NCBI GenBank assembly: GCA_963704645.1
Contig: OY969926.1
Span: 96,001-160,000, forward strand
Length of the DNA: 64,000 bases
Source of the DNA: an uncultured bacterium
GTDB lineage: Bacteria > Patescibacteriota > JACMRA01
Direction of reading: 5' to 3'
Shown: positions 57,630 through 64,000 of the stretch, one piece after another
Layout: the number at the start of each line of letters is the position of its first letter
Numbering within the stretch: the first letter of the stretch is position 1
Translations under genes and position numbers: made by a program
The notes under the pieces: generated by a model
The model's input: the letters and a program-made list of their open reading frames with translations, nothing else
Databases searched by the model: none
What the model was told of the DNA's origin: nothing

Positions 57630-58217
57630 CTAGGCGTTCAAATTATAAATTACAAATTTCTCTACTTCAATTTTTTCACCAGTAGATTGACTTATTCTAG
57701 TTATGTAATCTTCAACCGAAACGGAAGAATCTTTTAGGAAGTTTTGAGAAAGCAAACTAAATTCTTCAGCAATTTTCTTTGTCTTACCTTGCAATATCAT
57801 GTCAATTTTGTCTTCAGATTTACCATCATTTATTAATTGTGTTCTAGCAATTTCAATTTCTTTAGCAATAAATTCTGGGTCTACTTGATCTTTGTTTACA
57901 AACTTAGGTTGATAAGCAGCAATATGTAAAGCTAAATCTTTTCCAAATTCTTTGAAAGTGTCAGAGCGTCCAACGAAATCGGTTTCACATTTTACTTCAA
58001 CCATAACTCCAACTCTTCCATCATGGACATAGCCAAAAATACCTCCAAAACTGGTATCCCTATCTTGTCTGGATTGTTGTTTTAAAACGCCTTGTTCTCT
58101 AAGATATTTAATAACTTCTTCTTCGTTGTTACCAGCTTTTTCAATAGCTTTGTTGATATCTTTGATTGGTAAACCAGTCTTATGGCGAATTGATTTTAAT
58201 AGTTCTATATTAGACAT
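57630..58217 (-). CDS. tsf: Elongation factor Ts (short form)
   Basis: EVKCETDFV, LALHIAA..P. Confidence 0.95.
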   Translation of the reverse strand: MSNIELLKSIRHKTGLPIKDINKAIEKAGNNEEEVIKYLREQGVLKQQSRQDRDTSFGGIFGYVHDGRVGVMVEVKCETDFVGRSDTFKEFGKDLALHIAAYQPKFVNKDQVDPEFIAKEIEIARTQLINDGKSEDKIDMILQGKTKKIAEEFSLLSQNFLKDSSVSVEDYITRISQSTGEKIEVEKFVIYNLNA

Positions 58218-58944
58218 ATTTATATTTTTCTAATGCTTGGATTGCAGCTTGTACACCTACAATTTTATTTCTACTACCAATTAATTTACTGTAAATATTT
58301 TTTATTCCAGCTAAATCTAAAACTGGTCTTAAGTAACCTCCTGCAATTAAACCTGTACCCGTAGAAGCTGGTTTAAGCATTAAGCAAGCAGATTTATACT
58401 TAAATTGTACTGGAAATGGTAAGGAAGATTGATCAGTAATGTTAATTTTAATTAAACTATCTTTAGCTTTTTTAGTAGCTTTTGCTACAGCTTCTTGATA
58501 ATCCATACCTTTTTTAAGGCCGTAGCCTACTCTTCCAGCCTTATCTCCAACAACAACCAATGCAGAAAATCTCATTCTTTTTCCACCTCTTACAACACGA
58601 GTAACTCTTCTTACTTCAATCACTGCACTGTCTAAGTTAGACATTTCATCATCTTGCTTTCTAGCATCTCTAGCAGGCCTTCTATTTCCCCTGTTGAAAC
58701 CACCACCTGATGAAGGAGTTGAATTACCACCAGCATTGTTAGGTCTTGGTTGTCCAGGTGTAAAAGTTCTTTTTCTATTAGGATCAAATGGTCTTCTTTG
58801 AGCTGCCCCTGAAGAACCTGTTTTATTAAAACCAGTTTGTTGAGGATAGCTTCTTCTATTTTCAGAACCAGTTGAATTACCCCCATTAGTATTTGGTTTT
58901 ACCTCTGGTGCTGGGTTTAATTTGGGTTGATTGTTAACTTCCAT
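58210..58944 (-). CDS. rpsE: 30S ribosomal protein uS5 with a long N-terminal extension
   Basis: RVTRVVRGGKRMRFSALVVVGD, GTGLIAGG. Confidence 0.96.
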   Translation of the reverse strand: MEVNNQPKLNPAPEVKPNTNGGNSTGSENRRSYPQQTGFNKTGSSGAAQRRPFDPNRKRTFTPGQPRPNNAGGNSTPSSGGGFNRGNRRPARDARKQDDEMSNLDSAVIEVRRVTRVVRGGKRMRFSALVVVGDKAGRVGYGLKKGMDYQEAVAKATKKAKDSLIKINITDQSSLPFPVQFKYKSACLMLKPASTGTGLIAGGYLRPVLDLAGIKNIYSKLIGSRNKIVGVQAAIQALEKYKYV

Positions 58945-58946
58945 AT

Positions 58947-59267
58947 TTAAATTTGAATATTATTTTTTCTAATTGCTTCAGCTACAGCAGCAACTCTACC
59001 TTCGTAGATAAATCCATTTCTATAAAAAACGACTTGTTCAAAATTTTGTGACTTTAAAAATTGTGCAATGCTATCGCCAACTTTTTGCGACTTTTCTGTT
59101 TTAGTACCTGTCATCTTAAAAGAATTAACTTGGCATAAAGTTTTTTTAGTAATTGGTTCTAGAACCTGTGCAGAAATGTGCTGATTACTTCTATTTACTA
59201 AAACTACAGGAAGATCAAAATTAATTTTTACTAAACTACGTCTCTTTTTAATATTTTTGCTTGGCAT
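58947..59267 (-). CDS. rplR: 50S ribosomal protein uL18
   Basis: V.RSN.HI.AQ, VVF.R.G..Y.GRV.A.A. Confidence 0.92.
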   Translation of the reverse strand: MPSKNIKKRRSLVKINFDLPVVLVNRSNQHISAQVLEPITKKTLCQVNSFKMTGTKTEKSQKVGDSIAQFLKSQNFEQVVFYRNGFIYEGRVAAVAEAIRKNNIQI

Positions 59268-59280
59268 ATCTTATATTTTA

Positions 59281-59823
59281 TTATTTACCTTTTTTACCGA
59301 CTTTCTTTCTATAAACTCTTCCTGGGAATTTAAATCCTTTGTGCTTGTACACTTCACATGGTTTCATGTTGTGGACATTAGTGAAAAAATCACCAATCAA
59401 ATGTTTATCATTACATTCTCCAGATAGTACATTTTTATTTAATGTAAGTTTTACTCCAGTAGGAATATCTACAACCACAGGGTGAGAGAAACCAATATGT
59501 AATGTTAACTTTTCAGCTAATTCCATTTTGTATCCAACACCGTTAAGTTCAAGTTCTTTTTTGAAGCCGTTAGTTACACCTTCAATTAAATTTGAAACGA
59601 TTGCACGCGTGGTTCCCCAAACAGCTTTTTGAGATGAGTTGTTTTCATCTTTAATTTTTACTGAAAGAATTTTATCTTCTTCTGAAAAAGATATAACAGT
59701 GTTAATTTTTTCAAGCTTAAGCTCTCCACGAGGGCCTCGGACTAAAACTACTCTGTTAATTTCATCAAAATTAAAGGTTACGTTATTTGGTATTGTGATT
59801 ATTTTTTTGCCTATTCTGGACAT
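59281..59823 (-). CDS. rplF: 50S ribosomal protein uL6
   Basis: MSRIGKK, GVGYK, GFSHP. Confidence 0.96.
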   Translation of the reverse strand: MSRIGKKIITIPNNVTFNFDEINRVVLVRGPRGELKLEKINTVISFSEEDKILSVKIKDENNSSQKAVWGTTRAIVSNLIEGVTNGFKKELELNGVGYKMELAEKLTLHIGFSHPVVVDIPTGVKLTLNKNVLSGECNDKHLIGDFFTNVHNMKPCEVYKHKGFKFPGRVYRKKVGKKGK

Positions 59824-59871
59824 ATCAATGGCTTTTTAAAAGAAATTTGTATATTTGGTGTTGTCAAGATT

Positions 59872-60243
59872 TTAAAATACTTGGAAAAGCAGCTCACCAC
59901 CTGTCTTTTCTTTTTGTGCTTCATAGCTAGTTTTAATGCCAGTGGAAGTTGAAAGGATATTAAATCCAATTCCACCTACAATTCTAGGCATTTCAGTATA
60001 AGAAGTGTAAACTCGAAGGCCTGGCTTAGAAATTCTTTTGAGTTTGTGAACTTTACTTAAATTTAAGTTAATTACAACTTCTCTATCTGCAGCTTCAAAA
60101 GATTCAAAATATCCTAATCTCGTAAGTTTTTTACACAAATTCAAAATAAGATTATTTTTTAATACTTTTACTTCTTTTTTATCAACCATAATAGAGTTAT
60201 TTACTCTGGCTGCGAAGTCGCTTGTTAAATCATTCATTGACAT
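59872..60243 (-). CDS. rpsH: 30S ribosomal protein uS8
   Basis: ISKPGLRVY, STS.GI, GGEL. Confidence 0.95.
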   Translation of the reverse strand: MSMNDLTSDFAARVNNSIMVDKKEVKVLKNNLILNLCKKLTRLGYFESFEAADREVVINLNLSKVHKLKRISKPGLRVYTSYTEMPRIVGGIGFNILSTSTGIKTSYEAQKEKTGGELLFQVF

Positions 60244-60255
60244 ATATATAGTTTA

Positions 60256-60441
60256 TTATCTGCTGCTTTTAAAGAATCCGTTTAATTCACCTGCATTCGC
60301 TGCTTCACGAATACAAATTCTGCACATATCAAAAAATTTAATATATCCGTGAACTCTGCCACACTTTTTACATCTTCTAACTAATCTAGTTGAAAATTTT
60401 GGTGTTTTATTTGCTTTAATTATTAATGCTTTTCTTGCCAT
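60256..60441 (-). CDS. rpsN: 30S ribosomal protein uS14 (Zn type)
   Basis: RCKKCGR...MCRICIRE. Confidence 0.96.
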   Translation of the reverse strand: MARKALIIKANKTPKFSTRLVRRCKKCGRVHGYIKFFDMCRICIREAANAGELNGFFKSSR

Positions 60442-60444
60442 ATC

Positions 60445-61002
60445 TTATCTTTTAAATGGGAAATTTAGTTTTTCTAATAGTAATTGGTTGTTTACTGTTG
60501 ATTGTCTGAAAGTAACATTGATTTGCATACCAAAATTAATCGCAGCATCAAAACCTACAGCAGGGAAAATATTTGCGTTTTCCAAACCTAAACTAAAACT
60601 AGAATTGTTAGCGTCAAAAGAGCTTTTAATTCCTTTGAAGTCTCTACTTCTTGGTAAGGCAACGTAAACTAGACCAAGTAGAAAATCGTACATTTTTGAT
60701 CCACGTAAAGTAACCATTAAACCAACAACTTCACCTTTTCTTAGTTTAAAGGCAGCAATAGACTTGGAACTTAAAATAACTTTAGCCTTTTGGCCTGTTA
60801 ATTTTTCAAGATATTCTCCTACCTCTTGCTTTTGCTTAGGATCGTACTTGTTTCCAACACCTACATTAATTGTAATTTTGGAAATAGACGGTAAAGCGAA
60901 AGGGTTGCTTGTACCTAATACTTTACTTAGCTCAGTTTTAGCTGCAGCAGAATATTCAGCTGAAGTAATTTTTAATTCTGTTGTATTTTGTGATTTCGCC
61001 AT
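60445..61002 (-). CDS. rplE: 50S ribosomal protein uL5
   Basis: KI.IN.GVG, KSIA.FKLR.G, LPR.RDF.G. Confidence 0.96.
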   Translation of the reverse strand: MAKSQNTTELKITSAEYSAAAKTELSKVLGTSNPFALPSISKITINVGVGNKYDPKQKQEVGEYLEKLTGQKAKVILSSKSIAAFKLRKGEVVGLMVTLRGSKMYDFLLGLVYVALPRSRDFKGIKSSFDANNSSFSLGLENANIFPAVGFDAAINFGMQINVTFRQSTVNNQLLLEKLNFPFKR

Positions 61003-61006
61003 AAAT

Positions 61007-61429
61007 TTACTTTACTTTTTTCTTAGTTTCTTTTTTATCTGAAATTTTTTCTTCTGTGGTTGCAATAAGCTTTTTCTTAGAAACAAAGTTACTAACAACT
61101 TCAGCTCCATTCTTCTTTAAAATTCTAACTTTTTTATCCCCTTTGATTTCAAACTTAACTTTAGAAATAGCTCCATCTTCAGTTACTAAAGAAAGGTTAG
61201 ATAAATCAATAAGTCTATCAGTCTCTAACTGTTCTCCAGGAACGTTAAAAGCAACGTTTTTCTTTTTAAATTTAACTATTTTAGGAATATTGTTAACTGC
61301 AGCTCTTAGTTGAGGCAATTTACCAGGTCTTAATTTAGTAACTACTTTAGTTACTTGACCAAGAATTCCTTTGTATTTTCCTGAGATGACTTTTACTTTA
61401 TCACCTGATTGAATTTTTCTCATAGACAT
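61007..61429 (-). CDS. rplX: 50S ribosomal protein uL24
   Basis: GDKVKVISGKYKG KOW motif. Confidence 0.92.
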   Translation of the reverse strand: MSMRKIQSGDKVKVISGKYKGILGQVTKVVTKLRPGKLPQLRAAVNNIPKIVKFKKKNVAFNVPGEQLETDRLIDLSNLSLVTEDGAISKVKFEIKGDKKVRILKKNGAEVVSNFVSKKKLIATTEEKISDKKETKKKVK

Positions 61430-61433
61430 ATAA

Positions 61434-61805
61434 TTATAAAACTTCTTCGGCTAATGAAACTACTTTCGAAAAACCATCTTCTCTTAGCTCTCTGGCAACT
61501 GGGCCAAAGATACGAGTAGCAATTGGTTCTTTACTTGCTTTATTTACTACTACAGCAGCATTATCTGAAAAGCGAATTGCGCTTCCATCTTTTCTTTGAA
61601 CAGCAGCTTTTGTTCTAACAATTAAAATTGAAACAACTTGGCCTTTTCTAACTTTTCCATTTGGAGATGCTTTTTTTACAGAGCCAACAACAATATCACC
61701 AACTCCACAGCTAGATCTGTTGTTTTTTCCATTAACAGCAAAAAGCATTACTTTGTTTGCTCCAGAGTTGTCTGCTATATTAACTATACTTCGTTCTTGT
61801 AACAT
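61434..61805 (-). CDS. rplN: 50S ribosomal protein uL14
   Basis: ADNSGA, TRIFGPVARELR. Confidence 0.97.
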   Translation of the reverse strand: MLQERSIVNIADNSGANKVMLFAVNGKNNRSSCGVGDIVVGSVKKASPNGKVRKGQVVSILIVRTKAAVQRKDGSAIRFSDNAAVVVNKASKEPIATRIFGPVARELREDGFSKVVSLAEEVL

Positions 61806-61806
61806 A

Positions 61807-62232
61807 TTATATTAAATTATCGTGTCTTGAAATTATTTTTGTATTGAAAGGTAGTTTGTGTCCTGCAATTCTGAAGGCTTCTCTAACCTTTTCTTCTGGG
61901 GCTCCACTAACTTCAAAGATTATTCTTCCTGGTTTAACTGGAAACATGAAGTATTCTAAACTTCCTGTACCAACTCCCATAGGAATATTACTAGCTTTTT
62001 TGGTAACTGGTCTTGATGGAAATACTCTGATGTAAATTTTTGCACCTTTGCACCTTCTACTAATAACTCTTCTAGCAGACTCAATTTGTCTACTTGAAAG
62101 CCAGTTACTAGACATTGCTTTTAAGGCAAATTCACCATTAACAAGAGTACTACCTCTTAATAGGGTTCCTTTTCTACTTTGTCCGTAGCGGTTAAATACT
62201 TTTCGGTGTACTATCTTTTTAGGGGTAAGCAT
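61807..62232 (-). CDS. rplP: 50S ribosomal protein uL16
   Basis: RQIESAR, IRVFP, MG.G.G, KLP. Confidence 0.96.
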   Translation of the reverse strand: MLTPKKIVHRKVFNRYGQSRKGTLLRGSTLVNGEFALKAMSSNWLSSRQIESARRVISRRCKGAKIYIRVFPSRPVTKKASNIPMGVGTGSLEYFMFPVKPGRIIFEVSGAPEEKVREAFRIAGHKLPFNTKIISRHDNLI

Positions 62233-62245
62233 ATTGTTAATGTAA

Positions 62246-62461
62246 TTATTCTACTGCTCTAAATCTAATTGTTTTAGAAACAGGGATAGAGTTAATAATT
62301 TCTATTTGTTGCCCAACTTCAAATTTAGATGAGTCGGTGCAAGCTACAGAGTAACTCTTTTTGGTTTTAAAACGCTTCTTATATTTTGAATGCAACTTTG
62401 TAGTATACACCACAACAGTTAAAGCCTTTTGCATTTTGTTTGAAGTTATTGTTCCAATCAT
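62246..62461 (-). CDS. rpsQ: 30S ribosomal protein uS17
   Basis: S.KMQK...V, H.KY.K, P.SKT. Confidence 0.9.
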   Translation of the reverse strand: MIGTITSNKMQKALTVVVYTTKLHSKYKKRFKTKKSYSVACTDSSKFEVGQQIEIINSIPVSKTIRFRAVE

Positions 62462-62465
62462 ATAT

Positions 62466-63149
62466 CTAGTAAGTGTAGTTTGTCAATTTATTTCCTTTGT
62501 ATAGCATTACTCTAACGCCAATAATACCTGCAGCAGTGTGAGAATCTATGTTAGCGGTATCAATAATAGAGCTAATTGTATGTCTTGGAATACTTCCAAA
62601 GGCTACCTCTTCTTTTCTTGCAATTTCAGCTTTATTTAACCTACCTTTTACAGTAATTTTAGCACCCAAAATACCGGAGTATTTAATTTTTTCTAAATAG
62701 CTCTTAATTAATCTCCTGTAAGGAATATTTTTTTCTAAGGCAGTAGAAATATCTGAAGCAATTACTTGTGCAGATCTAAATGGATCTTTAAATTCTTCAA
62801 TACTTACTTTTAAATCTTTAGGTAAGGCAAATTTTGTAACTAGGTTTTGTCTTAAAGCATTAATTGTTGCTCCAGATTTTCCAATTACTACACCAGGTTT
62901 AGTTACATATAAGTAAATCTCAACTCTTCTGAAGTATCTACGAATAATAATGTCTACTAATCCAGCAGATTTTATTTCTTTTTTAATATAGTCACGTATT
63001 TCTGAATCTTGGAAAAGAATTTTAGAATAGTTTCTTCCAGTTGCAAACCATACAGATTTTTGCAATGTTGTTGGATCGGCACCCGCAGTTTCAACTTGAG
63101 AAAGTGTTTGGAATGATCTAAATAGTTTAGTTGATATTTTTTGTCCCAT
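62466..63149 (-). CDS. rpsC: 30S ribosomal protein uS3
   Basis: MGQK, KPGVVIGK.G, GRL..AEIAR, G.IGV.V. Confidence 0.96.
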   Translation of the reverse strand: MGQKISTKLFRSFQTLSQVETAGADPTTLQKSVWFATGRNYSKILFQDSEIRDYIKKEIKSAGLVDIIIRRYFRRVEIYLYVTKPGVVIGKSGATINALRQNLVTKFALPKDLKVSIEEFKDPFRSAQVIASDISTALEKNIPYRRLIKSYLEKIKYSGILGAKITVKGRLNKAEIARKEEVAFGSIPRHTISSIIDTANIDSHTAAGIIGVRVMLYKGNKLTNYTY

Positions 63150-63154
63150 AATTA

Positions 63155-63529
63155 TTATTTTACTTTTGCTTTAGCTTTTGTCAAAATTTCGGAAGCTGGT
63201 TTAAGCATTACTTTCAATCTTGTTGTTCTTCTTCTAATTTTGAAGGCAGAACCTCTGGCTCTAGGTACAAACCTATATAGTTTTTTATCTTCCTCAGCTA
63301 CAATTTCTGAAACTACAAAAGTTTTGTATTCTGCTTCAGTAATTTTTAAATTGTTTGCAGCATTTTTTAGTAAATCGAAAAATTTCTTGGTTTTACCTTT
63401 TTGCAAATTCTTTAATTGCTCTAAAGCTTGTTCTAAATTTAAACCACGAATAACGTTCAAAACTAATCTAGATTTTCTAGGAGAGTAATTAATAGTTGTA
63501 CTAGCGGTAGTTCTTTTGGCAACTGACAT
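63155..63529 (-). CDS. rplV: 50S ribosomal protein uL22
   Basis: SPRK.RLV...IRG, PRARG. Confidence 0.95.
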   Translation of the reverse strand: MSVAKRTTASTTINYSPRKSRLVLNVIRGLNLEQALEQLKNLQKGKTKKFFDLLKNAANNLKITEAEYKTFVVSEIVAEEDKKLYRFVPRARGSAFKIRRRTTRLKVMLKPASEILTKAKAKVK

Positions 63530-63530
63530 A

Positions 63531-64000
63531 TTATTTTTTAATTCTTCGTTTTATGATAAATTTACTACTCTCTTTTTTCTTATTTCTAGTTTTAACACCT
63601 AAAGCATGTTTGCCCCAAGGAGTTTTAGGATAAGCCATACCAATAGAGTTTGAAGCCTCTCCACCACCATGAGGGTGATCAACAGGATTCATAACTTTTC
63701 CTCTAACAGTAGGTCTAATGCCCATATGTCTACTTCTTCCAGCCTTACCAATTCTTACTTGGTTATGGGCATCGTTAGACATTCTACTAATTACACAGTT
63801 ACAAGTTTCTTGGAATTTTCTAATTTCGCCTGAAGCTAATTTTAAAGTAACATATCCGTCGTCTTTAGCAGTAACTGTAGCGTAAGCACCAGCAGATCTT
63901 AATAATTTAGCACCTTGATTAGGCTTGAATTCAACTTGAGAAACAGCAGTACCTACAGGAACAAATTTTAATTGCACTTGGTTACCATCCTGAATTTCGT
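63531..64000 (-). CDS. rplB: 50S ribosomal protein uL2, 3' part (runs off window)
   Basis: RPTVRG..MNPVDHPHGGGE, TPWG; frame open to the window edge. Confidence 0.97.
   Translation of the reverse strand, partial: EIQDGNQVQLKFVPVGTAVSQVEFKPNQGAKLLRSAGAYATVTAKDDGYVTLKLASGEIRKFQETCNCVISRMSNDAHNQVRIGKAGRSRHMGIRPTVRGKVMNPVDHPHGGGEASNSIGMAYPKTPWGKHALGVKTRNKKKESSKFIIKRRIKK

Noticed and set aside
315-63488. Many 60-136 aa ORFs antisense to or overlapping confident genes
   Set aside because: Shadow ORFs with no recognisable motifs
1-64000. CRISPR array or cas genes
   Set aside because: No regularly spaced direct repeats; the palindromic repeats are dispersed single copies
1-64000. Genetic code 25 or 4, or CGA/CGG reassignment
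   Set aside because: Genes are intact under code 11 with no in-frame TGA, and CGG/CGA occur at basic-residue motif positions (ATPase REDYLQQ, MetG GRDNAKFH)

Overview
AT-rich chromosomal segment that most likely comes from a Patescibacteria/CPR bacterium. This is inferred from the VirB2-like pilin, the absence of rpmD, a short EF-Ts and almost no Shine-Dalgarno motifs. Housekeeping content includes ftsK, metG, murA, gltX, rpmE, PBP1A, an M23 peptidase, lgt, znuACB with a Fur-family regulator, hsp20, ychF, mnmA, pgk, rpoA, five tRNAs and a strongly rearranged S10/spc ribosomal cluster. Accessory content includes a surface-glycan module, a lone V/A-type ATPase A subunit, an HTH-EgtD-like methyltransferase, a PA14 adhesin with a toxin-like C-terminus followed by candidate immunity genes, a paralog pair with a divergent orphan, an intact IS481 inserted in a REP-like palindrome, and vapC facing two RHH genes. 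Two window-wide patterns stand out. None of about 69 called genes ends in TGA or uses it in frame, and most starts read TATG without a Shine-Dalgarno. All calls come from reading the sequence by eye; no database searches were run.
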